A DNA stretch of 64,000 nucleotides from an uncultured Pelagibacteraceae bacterium (lineage in GTDB: Bacteria > Pseudomonadota > Alphaproteobacteria > Pelagibacterales > Pelagibacteraceae): NCBI GenBank assembly GCA_902513955.1, contig CABXOW010000001.1, positions 44,278-108,277 of the forward strand, written 5' to 3'. Below the pieces are notes generated by a model. That model was not told where the DNA came from. It did no database searches and was given only the letters and a program-made list of their open reading frames with translations. A program made the position numbers and the translations under genes. Shown here piece after piece: positions 9,610-19,906 of this stretch. Numbering within the stretch: the stretch's first letter is position 1; each line of letters begins with the position of its first letter.

Positions 9610-11115
9610 ATGAATAATCTAATAGTTTTAAACCAAAATGACAACGTAGGCGTAAGTCAATTTATTATTCCGGAAAAAACTAAAATAGAAGGGCATGAAA
9701 TTAGTACACTAGACCCTATACCTTTTGGTCATAAAGTTTGCTTAAAATCTATCAATAAAGGAGATCCTATTATTAAATATGATCAAATAATAGGTTTTGC
9801 TCTTAATGATATTAAGCCAGGAGAGCATGTTCATTCACATAATCTAGAATTTAGAGAATTCAAAAGAGATTTTAAAATTACAGATAAAAAAAATATCGTT
9901 AGTGAAAAAGCAGATACTTTCTTCAATGGAATTTTAAGAGACAATGGTCAAGTAGCTACCAGAAATTATATCGGTTTAGTAAGTACAGTAAATTGCTCTG
10001 CGACCGTTACTAAAATGATTGTTGAGAAAATTAAATATTCTAATATTTTAAAAGATTACCCTAATATTGATGGAATAGTTCCAATTACTCATTCTACTGG
10101 ATGTGGAATGAATACAGAAAGTGAGGGGATGCAAATGTTTCAAAGAACTATTGATGGATTTAAAAATCACCCAAATTTTTCACATGTTTTTGTAATTGGT
10201 TTAGGTTGTGAATGTGCTCAAGTAAGTTTGTTTGATGAGTCTATCAAAAAACATAATAGAATTCATTTTTTAACAATTCAAGATGAAGGTGGAACAAAAA
10301 AAATTGTGGATAAAGTATTTTCTCAAATTAAAAATTTGTTATCTGAAGCAAATAAAATAGAAAGAACATCGCAGCCTGTAAATCATCTAAATCTTGCATT
10401 ACAGTGTGGTGGATCTGATGGATATTCTGGAATTACTGCAAACCCTGCATTAGGTGTTGCTGCAGATCTTTTGGTTAAAAAAGGTGGTAGTTCAATATTA
10501 GCTGAAACACCAGAAATATATGGAGCTGAACACTTGCTAATTAATAGAGCTAACTCACAAGAGACTGCTGATAAGTTAATTAAAAGAATTGAATGGTGGA
10601 GACATTATACTTCAATCAATAATAGTTCGATGGATAACAATCCTGCACCAGGTAATAAAAAAGGAGGTTTAACTACAATTTTAGAAAAATCTTTAGGAGC
10701 TGTTGCTAAAGGAGGCAACTCTGTACTTCAAGATGTATTATTATATGCAGAGCCTCTAAAAAATAAAGGTTTTAATTTTATGGACTCTCCAGGTTATGAC
10801 CCTGTATCAGTAACTGGTCAAGTGGCATCAGGAGCAAATGTTATTTGTTTTACTACTGGTAGAGGATCATGTTTTGGATGTAAACCAGTTCCAAGTTTAA
10901 AACTTTCAACTAATTCAGCCATGTATGAAAAAATGTCAGAAGATATGGACATCAACTGCGGAACCATCGCTGAAGGTAAAGAAAAAATAGAAGAAGTAGG
11001 ACAAAAAATATTTAAATTAATAGTAAATACAGCATCTGGAAATAAGTCAAAAAGTGAGATCAACGGCTACGGTGACGAGGAATTTAATCCTTGGCAAGTA
11101 GGCGTGGTAATGTAA
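9610..11115 (+). CDS. uxaA: UxaA/GarD-family altronate/galactarate dehydratase with N-terminal SAF domain
   Basis: GHKV..GEHVHSHN SAF domain; STVNCS, HSTGCG, LGCE, CGGSDG.SG.TANP, FTTGRG motifs. Confidence 0.85.
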   Translation: MNNLIVLNQNDNVGVSQFIIPEKTKIEGHEISTLDPIPFGHKVCLKSINKGDPIIKYDQIIGFALNDIKPGEHVHSHNLEFREFKRDFKITDKKNIVSEKADTFFNGILRDNGQVATRNYIGLVSTVNCSATVTKMIVEKIKYSNILKDYPNIDGIVPITHSTGCGMNTESEGMQMFQRTIDGFKNHPNFSHVFVIGLGCECAQVSLFDESIKKHNRIHFLTIQDEGGTKKIVDKVFSQIKNLLSEANKIERTSQPVNHLNLALQCGGSDGYSGITANPALGVAADLLVKKGGSSILAETPEIYGAEHLLINRANSQETADKLIKRIEWWRHYTSINNSSMDNNPAPGNKKGGLTTILEKSLGAVAKGGNSVLQDVLLYAEPLKNKGFNFMDSPGYDPVSVTGQVASGANVICFTTGRGSCFGCKPVPSLKLSTNSAMYEKMSEDMDINCGTIAEGKEKIEEVGQKIFKLIVNTASGNKSKSEINGYGDEEFNPWQVGVVM

Positions 11116-11129
11116 TAAAGATCTGTATT

Positions 11130-12005
11130 GTGCCTCAACAAACCCCTTTATTTAATGTAATTTTATTAGCTGCTGGTGGTTTTTTTATGTTTGTCTGTAT
11201 GGACTCTACAGCAAAATACCTAGGAACTGTAATGCCAATTACTCAAGCAATTTGGGGAAGATTTTTTTTTCATTTAATATCTCTAATTATATTTTTTTTA
11301 ATCTTCAAACCAAAAATAAATTTAAAAAAAAATTTCAAACTGCAAATAATAAGATCCTTATTGATGGTGACAGCCACAACATTCATGTTTTATTCTTTAC
11401 AAAAATTTGACTTAGTAGATATATATGTCGTTTTCTTTTCTGCACCCTTAATAGTTTCATTGCTATCTGCATATTTTTTAAAAGATATTTTATCTTTTAA
11501 AGGAATAATGTTAATGCTTCTAAGTTTTGGTTCAATTATCTACGCAGTAGGACCAAGCATGAAAATATTTAGTGTAGACTTAATTTTTCCGATTGTGCCT
11601 CCTATTTGCTGGGCTCTTTATCAGTTTTTTACAAAAGTTATATCGACTGACAACGATCCTTTTGCTGCAATTTTTTATACTTCAATTTTAGGAGCAATTA
11701 TTTTTAGTATTTTTATATCTTTTAATTGGGTACCCTTAGAAAAAAATATTTATTGGCTTTATTTAATATTACTTGGTGTAGCAGGATTTATAAGTCATTC
11801 ATTAATAATTTATGCAATACAATTATCTAACTTATCATTTGTCACTAATTTTCAATATTCGCAATTAATATGGTCTACTATTGTAAATTTCTTAATTTTT
11901 GGTGTACCTTTTGATTATAATAAAATTATAGGTGTAATTGGAATCATTATATTTGGATTATTATTTATTCGTACAGAAGGTAATAAAGATAAGGTTAAAG
12001 TCTAA
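11130..12005 (+). CDS. DMT/EamA family transporter
   Basis: About 10 TM segments. Start placed at the GTG after the uxaA stop. Confidence 0.8.
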   Translation: MPQQTPLFNVILLAAGGFFMFVCMDSTAKYLGTVMPITQAIWGRFFFHLISLIIFFLIFKPKINLKKNFKLQIIRSLLMVTATTFMFYSLQKFDLVDIYVVFFSAPLIVSLLSAYFLKDILSFKGIMLMLLSFGSIIYAVGPSMKIFSVDLIFPIVPPICWALYQFFTKVISTDNDPFAAIFYTSILGAIIFSIFISFNWVPLEKNIYWLYLILLGVAGFISHSLIIYAIQLSNLSFVTNFQYSQLIWSTIVNFLIFGVPFDYNKIIGVIGIIIFGLLFIRTEGNKDKVKV

Positions 12006-13029
12006 TTTTTTTTCCATTCTTTGCACTTTTCGTAATTGCTGCAAAAATTTTAAGTGACACTAAACCATCATTACCATTAACTTTTGGTTTAACTTTTTTA
12101 TTAACTACATCAGAAAAGTGATTAATTTGGTTAACAAGAGTATTGTCATCTTTCTTATTCTTGTCTTCATTAACTAAAATTTTATTCCACCAACTTCTTT
12201 CTTTTTTGTAAAACCAATTTTTTAAATTTGGAAATTGAATTGATCCTTTTGTTCCTCCAATCATATAAGCTGATTGATTAGTGATTGGATAAGCTGGATT
12301 TTCACCTGCAGTTAATTCATAGCTCCATGGTGCCACAATAGTATCGGAAATATTTAAAGTACATAAGGCTCCAGATTTAAACACCAAACTTACTGTTGCC
12401 GTATCTTCAATTTTAAATTTTCTAGTTTTATTGGTTGTAAACGCTTGAACATATTGAATTGGACCAAGCAAATAACAAATCATATCAATATCATGCACCA
12501 GATTAATACCTAATGGACCTCCCCCCTTACTAACTCTCCATTTTTCTTTGTAGTATTGTTTGTGTTTATAAAGCCAACATAAGACATTTGCAGATACAAT
12601 GTTACCAAGCTTGCCTTTAGTAATAATTTTTTTTACCTTTGAAACAATAAAATTGTGTCTTCTATGATAACCAATTAATAAAGGTGTTTTATTTTTTTTT
12701 GAACTATCAATAATTTTTTTTGCTGATTTAATGTTATCCGATATAGGTTTTTCTAATAAAACAGGAATTTTTTTTTTTAAAAAACTTACTGTATGCGTTT
12801 CGTGAAGTTGATTTGGTGTAGCTACAATTACAGCATCTAGATTTTTTGAATTTAAGAGTTTTTTAACATTTGGATAAAGTTGAACTTTATATTTTTTTGC
12901 TAAATTTTTTGCATTCTTACTTATATCTACTATTGAATGTAAATTTGCTTTTTTAGATTTTAAAATTGCTTTAATGTGTTGTAAACCCATTAAGCCTGTT
13001 CCAACAATTGAAATGTTTATTTTTTTCAT
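11995..13029 (-). CDS. Gfo/Idh/MocA oxidoreductase
   Basis: GTGLMG, ATPN..H, LEKP, GYHRRH, INLVHDID motifs. Confidence 0.88.
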   Translation of the reverse strand: MKKINISIVGTGLMGLQHIKAILKSKKANLHSIVDISKNAKNLAKKYKVQLYPNVKKLLNSKNLDAVIVATPNQLHETHTVSFLKKKIPVLLEKPISDNIKSAKKIIDSSKKNKTPLLIGYHRRHNFIVSKVKKIITKGKLGNIVSANVLCWLYKHKQYYKEKWRVSKGGGPLGINLVHDIDMICYLLGPIQYVQAFTTNKTRKFKIEDTATVSLVFKSGALCTLNISDTIVAPWSYELTAGENPAYPITNQSAYMIGGTKGSIQFPNLKNWFYKKERSWWNKILVNEDKNKKDDNTLVNQINHFSDVVNKKVKPKVNGNDGLVSLKIFAAITKSAKNGKKIRL

Positions 13030-13104
13030 CTTTGATTTCTTCTAGAAAATTTCAAAACTTGTAAGATATATATCTTTTTTTGATTTTAATATACTGAACT
13101 AAAA

Positions 13105-13866
13105 TTAAGTAATTCCACCATCAACTACAAAACTTTGTTTTGTACATCCTGAAGATTGATCAGAAGATAAAAATAATACCAGTCTTGCCACATCATTAGG
13201 CTTTAGTTGGCGCTTTAAAGCTTGGCTATCTAAAATAAGCTTTTTATATTTTGGCGTTAACCAATGTTTGATCTGTCTTTCTGTAGCAATTGAGCCAGGT
13301 ATTACTGAATTAGTTCTAATATTATATTTTCCAAACTCTTGAGCAAAAGATCTAGTTAATCCAATTACTGCTGATTTCGCAGTTTCATAAACTACTTTAT
13401 CACCCTCTCCAAGCATCCATGATACAGAGCTTAAATTCACAATTGATCCTGACTTAATTTTTTTCATTCCTTTTACGACTGCTTGAGCTGCAAAAAAATA
13501 ATGTTTTAAATTTATACCCATTCTATTTTCCCAATATTTTTCATCAACTTGCTCGGTAGTATGTCTATCATCATTAGCGGCACTATTTATCAAACAATGT
13601 ATTGGTCCCTTTTTGGTAATGATTTCTTTAATTATATTTTGTAGTTTTTTAATGTCTAAAATATTGCACTCAATAAAATTAGGGGTTTTTAGTTTTTTTT
13701 TTTTGATTTTTTTTACTAATTTTTTTGAAGCTTTAATATCTATATCTATAAAATAAACTTCACTATTTTGTTCACAAAATTGCTCTACTATAGTTGCACC
13801 AATACCTGATCCACCTCCTGAAATAAAAACTCTTTTATTTTTTAAATCAAAATATTTTACTTTCAT
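13105..13866 (-). CDS. SDR aldose dehydrogenase, D-xylose 1-dehydrogenase (Caulobacter XylB/Xdh)-like
   Basis: SGGGSGIG, ANDDRH, YETAK, ERQ..W and QALKR features are shared with XylB. Confidence 0.8.
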   Translation of the reverse strand: MKVKYFDLKNKRVFISGGGSGIGATIVEQFCEQNSEVYFIDIDIKASKKLVKKIKKKKLKTPNFIECNILDIKKLQNIIKEIITKKGPIHCLINSAANDDRHTTEQVDEKYWENRMGINLKHYFFAAQAVVKGMKKIKSGSIVNLSSVSWMLGEGDKVVYETAKSAVIGLTRSFAQEFGKYNIRTNSVIPGSIATERQIKHWLTPKYKKLILDSQALKRQLKPNDVARLVLFLSSDQSSGCTKQSFVVDGGIT

Positions 13867-13868
13867 AA

Positions 13869-14963
13869 TTAAATTCTTTCTTGTGAATTAGCATCAAACA
13901 TTGAAACTTGAGTTAAATCAAAATATAATTTAGTTTCTTTGCTTAATTCTATTTTTATAGTCGAAGAAAATTTAGCTAAAAGTTCTTGATTTGCCAAATT
14001 AAAAGTTATTATTTGTTCATGACCAATGTATTCACTTAAATCAGCTTTTAAATTTACCTCAAAATCATCTTCGTTAGATTTTTTAAAGTAAATATGTTCT
14101 GGCCTAATACCAAAATATACCTCTTTATTATTTAATTGAGAAGTATCATCAAAATCATAACTATTAATTGGAATATCAAAATTTGCTCCTTCAGCAGTAA
14201 ATAAAATTCTATCTGAACTTTGTTTTAAATTTCCCTTAATTAAATTCATCGAAGGAGATCCAATAAAATCAGCCACAAAAGTATTGCTAGGTTTATTGTA
14301 AATATTTTCAGGTGATTCATTTTGTTGAATTACTCCGTGATTCATGATCGCAATTTTAGTCCCTAAACTCATGGCTTCTGTTTGATCGTGAGTTACATAT
14401 ACGACTGTTGTTTTAAGTTGTTGATGAAGTTTTTTAATTTCTCTTCTCATCTCAACTCTTAATTTTGCATCTAAATTTGATAAAGGCTCATCAAATAAAA
14501 ATATTCTTGGCTCTCTAACTAATGCTCTTCCAATTGCAACACGCTGTCTTTGACCACCTGACAATTGTGAAGGTTTTCTCTCTAATAAAGCATCTACTTG
14601 TAAAAATTTTGACACTTTTTCCAACTGTTCTTCTATTTTTTCTTTAGATACCTTTGCTTGCTTAAGACCAAAAATCATGTTTTCGCGAACATTCATTGAA
14701 GGATATAAAGCGTATGATTGAAAAACCATTGCAATATTACGGTCTTTTGGCTCTACTTTACTTACATTATAGTCGTCAATGTAAACATTTCCTTCATTAA
14801 TAGTCTCTAATCCTGCAATAATATTTAACAGCGTTGATTTTCCACAGCCTGAAGGTCCCAAAAGAACCAAAAAGTTTCCTTCATCTATTTCTAGGTTAAT
14901 TTTTTTTAAAACTTCTGTTGAACCAAAGTTTTTTGATAATTCTTCAATTTTTAACGTTTTCAT
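13869..14963 (-). CDS. CUT1 sugar ABC transporter ATPase (MalK/GtsD-like)
   Basis: GPSGCGKS, LSGGQRQR, DEPLSNLD motifs; C-terminal TOBE domain (GIRPE). Confidence 0.93.
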   Translation of the reverse strand: MKTLKIEELSKNFGSTEVLKKINLEIDEGNFLVLLGPSGCGKSTLLNIIAGLETINEGNVYIDDYNVSKVEPKDRNIAMVFQSYALYPSMNVRENMIFGLKQAKVSKEKIEEQLEKVSKFLQVDALLERKPSQLSGGQRQRVAIGRALVREPRIFLFDEPLSNLDAKLRVEMRREIKKLHQQLKTTVVYVTHDQTEAMSLGTKIAIMNHGVIQQNESPENIYNKPSNTFVADFIGSPSMNLIKGNLKQSSDRILFTAEGANFDIPINSYDFDDTSQLNNKEVYFGIRPEHIYFKKSNEDDFEVNLKADLSEYIGHEQIITFNLANQELLAKFSSTIKIELSKETKLYFDLTQVSMFDANSQERI

Positions 14964-14965
14964 TC

Positions 14966-15871
14966 TTATCCTTTCACTGCTCCTGATGTTAATCCTCTAA
15001 TAAAATATTTACCTGCTAAAACATAAACTATAAGCGTTGGTATACCTGCAATAATAGCAGAAGCCATATCAACATTATATTCTTTGACACTTGTACTTGA
15101 TAAAACCATATTATTTAAAGCCACTTGAATTGGTGCAGCTTCACCAAATGAAAATGTAGATCCAAATAAAAAGTCATTCCAGATTTGAGTAAATTGCCAA
15201 ATCACCGTTACAACAATTATTGGTGCAGAGATTGGTAGTAATATTTTAAAAAATATTTTAAAAAATCCTGCTCCATCTATTCTAGCAGCTTTAACTAATT
15301 CAGTAGGTACTGAAACATAATAGTTTCTAAAAAATAAAGTTGTAAATGGAATTCCATAAACAGTATGAACTAAGACTAGCCCTATTACAGAATTTGATAT
15401 TCCTAAAACCCCAAGAGTTCTAGCCATTGGAAGCAAAATTGCTTGAAAAGGAATAAAACATCCAAACAATAAAAAAAGGAAGACCCATTGATCTCCTTTA
15501 AATCTCCATTTTGTTAAAACATATCCAGTCATAGCTCCTATGAATGTAGAAAAAAATACAGCTGGCACTACCATCTTAATTGAATTCCAAAAATATGGCC
15601 TTAAAAAAGTATCCCCTGCTCCATAGCCTCTTCCACCCCAGGCAACCAACCATGAATCAAAATTTAAAGAACTTGGCCAAGTAAGAAGTGTTCCTTGACG
15701 TATTTCCTCCATTGTCTTTAATGAAGTTACAACCATCACATACAATGGAAAAATAAAGTAAGATGCAAAAAGAATTAAAACAAAATACAAAAACCATCTC
15801 AAAAACATATTTGTATATTTAGATTTTTGTTCAAGTTGCTTGTAAGAAGATGTTTGTAAATTATCTTGCAT
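14966..15871 (-). CDS. CUT1 sugar ABC permease (GtsC-like)
   Basis: EAA loop (KAARIDGAG), WNDFL motif. Confidence 0.9.
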   Translation of the reverse strand: MQDNLQTSSYKQLEQKSKYTNMFLRWFLYFVLILFASYFIFPLYVMVVTSLKTMEEIRQGTLLTWPSSLNFDSWLVAWGGRGYGAGDTFLRPYFWNSIKMVVPAVFFSTFIGAMTGYVLTKWRFKGDQWVFLFLLFGCFIPFQAILLPMARTLGVLGISNSVIGLVLVHTVYGIPFTTLFFRNYYVSVPTELVKAARIDGAGFFKIFFKILLPISAPIIVVTVIWQFTQIWNDFLFGSTFSFGEAAPIQVALNNMVLSSTSVKEYNVDMASAIIAGIPTLIVYVLAGKYFIRGLTSGAVKG

Positions 15872-16736
15872 TTTCTCTCCTTAATTCAGAATATAAATAT
15901 GGAATAATTACTGCCGCAACTGCCATAAACATCATCATCGCACTCGCTGCAGATAATCCTACTTGACTTTTGTGAAATGCAGCTTGTGTCATAAATAAAG
16001 CTGGCATTGTAGTTGAAATACCTGGTCCACCCTGTGTTAAAGCAACAATTAAATCGTAACTTTTAATTGAAATGTGAACTAATATTACAAAACTTGTAAA
16101 AAATACTGGTCTCATCATTGGAAGAAGTATTTTCCAATAAACTGTAAATAATCCTGCACCATCAATTTTGGCAGCTTTGACAATTTCATCCTCAACAGAT
16201 CTTAAACCAGCTAAAAATAATGCCATCACAAAACCCGCAGATTGCCAAACACCAGCAATAACAATAGTATAAATGGCCATTTCTCGATTAACCAGCCAAT
16301 CAAAGGTGAAATTTTCAAAACCCCAATCAATAAACATTTTTTGAAGACCTAGAGTAGGGTTTAAAATCCATTTCCAAGCAGTACCTGTGACAATAAAAGA
16401 TAAAGCCATAGGATATAAATAAATCGTTCTTAAGACACCTTCGGCTCTAATCTTCTGATCTAAAAAAATTGCCAGAATAATTCCAATAACTATACAAAAA
16501 ATTAAAAATAACGCCGTGAAAACTAGTAAATTATCTACTGAAATAAGCCATTTACGAGAAGCCCATAACTTAACATACTGACCAACTCCCCATAATTCAT
16601 ACTTTGGTAAAATTTTAGAATTTGTAAAAGATATATATAAAGTCCAAAGCACAAAACCATAAACAAACCATCCTATCAAACCAACAGCTGGTGCCATTAC
16701 AATTTTAGGTAAATTTTTTTCTAACCATTTGAACAT
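15861..16736 (-). CDS. CUT1 sugar ABC permease (GtsB-like)
   Basis: YLYPMALSFIVTG, KAAKIDGA, GGPG motifs. Confidence 0.9.
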   Translation of the reverse strand: MFKWLEKNLPKIVMAPAVGLIGWFVYGFVLWTLYISFTNSKILPKYELWGVGQYVKLWASRKWLISVDNLLVFTALFLIFCIVIGIILAIFLDQKIRAEGVLRTIYLYPMALSFIVTGTAWKWILNPTLGLQKMFIDWGFENFTFDWLVNREMAIYTIVIAGVWQSAGFVMALFLAGLRSVEDEIVKAAKIDGAGLFTVYWKILLPMMRPVFFTSFVILVHISIKSYDLIVALTQGGPGISTTMPALFMTQAAFHKSQVGLSAASAMMMFMAVAAVIIPYLYSELRRENAR

Positions 16737-16760
16737 TATAAATATTTTTTAGTTTTGATT

Positions 16761-16794
16761 AAAAAAAAGGCCACTTAGTTAAAAGTGGCCTTTT
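16761..16794 (-). terminator. Intrinsic terminator-like hairpin after the CUT1 SBP gene
   Basis: AAAAGGCCACTT-N6-AAGTGGCCTTTT with an 8-U tract on the minus strand. Confidence 0.82.
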
Positions 16795-16806
16795 AATTTT
16801 TTTGAA

Positions 16807-18063
16807 CTACATGTTAGCTAGAACTGAATCAGCTAATGCGTTAGCAGCATCTACTGAAGACATGTCAGAATTAAAATGTTCTGTGATTATATCTTGTAGA
16901 GCGGCTTTCATAGTATTACCTTGAGCCATACCATGAGCAAAACTTGGAACTAATCCACCTTTTGCGCCTGCAGTTTTAATATCTGCATTAGATGCTTTTG
17001 CACAATCGTCAAATTCATCCATTGGTACATCTAAACGAGCAGGTATTGATCCTTTGTATAAGTTAAAAACTTTTTGGAAGTTTTTACCCATCATAAGTTT
17101 AGCTAATAATTTTTGACCAGCTTGTTTATCAGGATCGCTAGTTTTATAGAAAATAAAACTATCTACATTATATAAGTACCCGTTGTTTGAAGGTGTTGGA
17201 GAACACATATAATCCCAACCTGGTGATTTACCAGCAGCTGTAAATTCTCCTTTAGCCCAGTCTCCCATAATTTGAAAACCAGCTTTACCTTCTATAACCA
17301 TACCAGTTGCAACGTTCCAATCTCTACCTGGACTACCTGGATCAGTATAGCCTTGTAGTTTTCTCATTTGATCAAAAACCTTAACTGTTGTTTCGCTTCT
17401 TAGACAACTTTCTTCCAATTTTACATAACAATTTTTGTAATAATTGTTTCCACCAATACCCATAGCAACTGCTTCAAATACTGTAGCATCTTGCCAAGCT
17501 TGACCACCATGAGCAAATGGAATTATTCCAGCTGCTTGTAATTTATCAGCTGCAGCATTTAATTCATCCCAAGTTGTTGGCATAGAAAGGCCATTTTCAT
17601 CAAAAACTACTTTGTTAGCCCATATCCAATCAATTCTATGAATGTTTACTGGGGCTGCACAATAAGGACCGCTATTGTTTTGACATTTATGAACAGCTGC
17701 AATCATTGGGTCTAACAAATTATCCCATCCTTCTGCTTGAGCTATTGAATCAATGTTATATGGAGCTACTACACCTTCTTGGTCATATTCTTGAATTGTA
17801 GGACCTTTAATTTGAGAAGCAGATGGTGGATCTCCAGCAACTATTCTTGCTTTTAATGCAACGTTAGCAGCGTCACCACCACCACCTGTTACAGGCATGT
17901 CCAGCCATTCACCGCCATTAGCAGCAAAATCATCTTTTAATACTTTAAGAGCAGCAGCTTCACCACCTGAAGTCCACCAGTGCAACACCTCAATTTTTGG
18001 TCCTGCAATAGAAGAAGTAGAAGTAAACGCCAATGTAATTAAAGCGATTATTATTTTTTTCAT
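16807..18063 (-). CDS. CUT1 sugar-binding protein (glucose-type, GtsA-like)
   Basis: Signal peptide; EVLHWWTSGGE, PVNIHR, MGDWAKGEF motifs. Confidence 0.9.
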   Translation of the reverse strand: MKKIIIALITLAFTSTSSIAGPKIEVLHWWTSGGEAAALKVLKDDFAANGGEWLDMPVTGGGGDAANVALKARIVAGDPPSASQIKGPTIQEYDQEGVVAPYNIDSIAQAEGWDNLLDPMIAAVHKCQNNSGPYCAAPVNIHRIDWIWANKVVFDENGLSMPTTWDELNAAADKLQAAGIIPFAHGGQAWQDATVFEAVAMGIGGNNYYKNCYVKLEESCLRSETTVKVFDQMRKLQGYTDPGSPGRDWNVATGMVIEGKAGFQIMGDWAKGEFTAAGKSPGWDYMCSPTPSNNGYLYNVDSFIFYKTSDPDKQAGQKLLAKLMMGKNFQKVFNLYKGSIPARLDVPMDEFDDCAKASNADIKTAGAKGGLVPSFAHGMAQGNTMKAALQDIITEHFNSDMSSVDAANALADSVLANM

Positions 18064-18251
18064 GTCTTTCCTCTTATTTATTAAGTTAACTTATTTTTAT
18101 ATAAAAAATAATTATAGGTAGAATGATTGATAATTCCTAACTAAAAAAAATATATCAACTAAGAGTTGTTAATTTTTTTATCTAAAAATTTATCAATTTT
18201 AATAATAATATAAGCAAGGATAACTTTTTTAATTCAACTAAAAATTGAATC

Positions 18252-19154
18252 TTAATATGTTGCACTCCGTCCAAGTCTTGCCGCACCTCTAACACCGCTA
18301 GCATCACCAAATTTAGGTTTTAAAAATACACCATCATACTCTTTGCCTATAACAAATTTTTTAATCATTGACTCAATTTCACTTAAAAAGTCAATTTCAT
18401 TTGAAACACCTCCACCAAAAATAAAAGTGTCTGGGTCTAAAATATTTATTATTGCTGATAAAGACATGGCTAAGTTTAATTTAAATTCATCAATAAATCT
18501 TTCTGCGTCTAAATCGTGTTTTCTATACATTTCAAAAATTTCATTTGTTTTTAAATTCTTTCCATAAATTTTATTAAATCTTTTAGCCAAAGCAAGGCCA
18601 GAGATAAAGCTTTCAACTTCAGCATCTCTCGCATTATTAGAATCAAAATTTTCTTTTTTAGCTGCAAAATAAGGTATTTGATTATGACCCCATTCACCTG
18701 CCACTCCGTTTGGTCCACTTACAATTTGTTTATCAATGACAAGTCCACCACCAGCGCCAGAACCTAAAATTATTCCATAAACAATTTTATAATGTTTTCC
18801 AGAACCATCTATTGCTTCTGATAGCGCAAAACAATTTGCATCATTTTCACAAAACACTTCTTTACCTAAAGCTTTTCTTAAATCTCCTTGAAAAGGCTTT
18901 TTTTCTAACCAATTACAATTAGGAGCATTTTTAACTAGACCTGTTTGTGGAGAATGAATTCCTGGATGACAAACACCGATTGGTAATTCTTTTTGAAATT
19001 CTTTTTCTAATTTATGATGAACATCTTTAATAGCGCTGATAATTTTAAAATAGTCTTTTGGACAAGCTATTCTAGATCTATGTTTTTCTTGTCCGCTTTC
19101 TTCAAGTACAACAGTTTCAATTTTAGTTGCACCTACATCAACTCCTATTTGCAT
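18252..19154 (-). CDS. ROK-family sugar kinase (Mak/fructokinase-like)
   Basis: GVDVGATK, ENDANCFALSEA, GEWGH, GDASGVRGAA motifs; the zinc cysteine motif is absent. Confidence 0.85.
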   Translation of the reverse strand: MQIGVDVGATKIETVVLEESGQEKHRSRIACPKDYFKIISAIKDVHHKLEKEFQKELPIGVCHPGIHSPQTGLVKNAPNCNWLEKKPFQGDLRKALGKEVFCENDANCFALSEAIDGSGKHYKIVYGIILGSGAGGGLVIDKQIVSGPNGVAGEWGHNQIPYFAAKKENFDSNNARDAEVESFISGLALAKRFNKIYGKNLKTNEIFEMYRKHDLDAERFIDEFKLNLAMSLSAIINILDPDTFIFGGGVSNEIDFLSEIESMIKKFVIGKEYDGVFLKPKFGDASGVRGAARLGRSATY

Positions 19155-19156
19155 AA

Positions 19157-19906
19157 CTAATAAGTGGCTCTTCCACCACTTAAATCAAATACAGCCGCTG
19201 TTGAAAATGAATTCTCTTCACTAGATAACCATGTAACTAAAGAAGCTAATTCTTCAACTTTTGCAAATTTATTTCTAGGAATTTTAGACAACATATAATT
19301 AATATGTTCATCAGTCATTTGATCAAAAATCCTTGTTTTTGCTGCTGCTGGGGTAACACAATTTACAGCTATATTTTTTAAAGCTAGTTCTTTTCCAAGT
19401 GATTTAGTAAGACCAATAACCCCTGCTTTTGATGTACTGTAGGCACTTGCATTAGGATTTCCTTCTTTTCCAGCAATTGAAGCAATATTAACTATTCTTC
19501 CATAATCATTTTTAATCATAAAAGGAACAACTGCTTTGCAACAATAAAATACTGAGTTTAAATTTAAATCCATAACTTTTTTCCATTCATCTAGTGGATA
19601 TTCTTCAACTGTAGTATTCATACCTGCTATACCAGCATTATTTATAAAGATGTCTATCTTTCCATGTTTGTTTTCAGTTTCAGTTAGATTTTTATTAATA
19701 TTTTCAAAATTACTTACATCTACAATTTGATAACTAAGATTATCTGAATTTATTTTTTCTAATGCTTTTTTAACCGCATCTTCATCAATGTCCCAAATAA
19801 CAACCTTAGCACCTGCCTCAACAAATCTCTCTGTAATAGCTAAACCAAAACCTTGGGCACCACCAGTTACAATTGCTACTCTGTTAGTTAAATCAAATTT
19901 AATCAT
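19157..19906 (-). CDS. SDR, 2-keto-3-deoxy-L-rhamnonate dehydrogenase (LRA5)-like
   Basis: GKEGNPNASAYSTSKAGVIGLTKSLGKELA and C-terminal FDLSGGRATY. Confidence 0.75.
   Translation of the reverse strand: MIKFDLTNRVAIVTGGAQGFGLAITERFVEAGAKVVIWDIDEDAVKKALEKINSDNLSYQIVDVSNFENINKNLTETENKHGKIDIFINNAGIAGMNTTVEEYPLDEWKKVMDLNLNSVFYCCKAVVPFMIKNDYGRIVNIASIAGKEGNPNASAYSTSKAGVIGLTKSLGKELALKNIAVNCVTPAAAKTRIFDQMTDEHINYMLSKIPRNKFAKVEELASLVTWLSSEENSFSTAAVFDLSGGRATY

Noticed and set aside
12768-13704. 11-12 nt homopolymer runs as phase-variation sites
   Set aside because: The frames are intact, and such runs are expected from poly-Lys codons in a very AT-rich genome.
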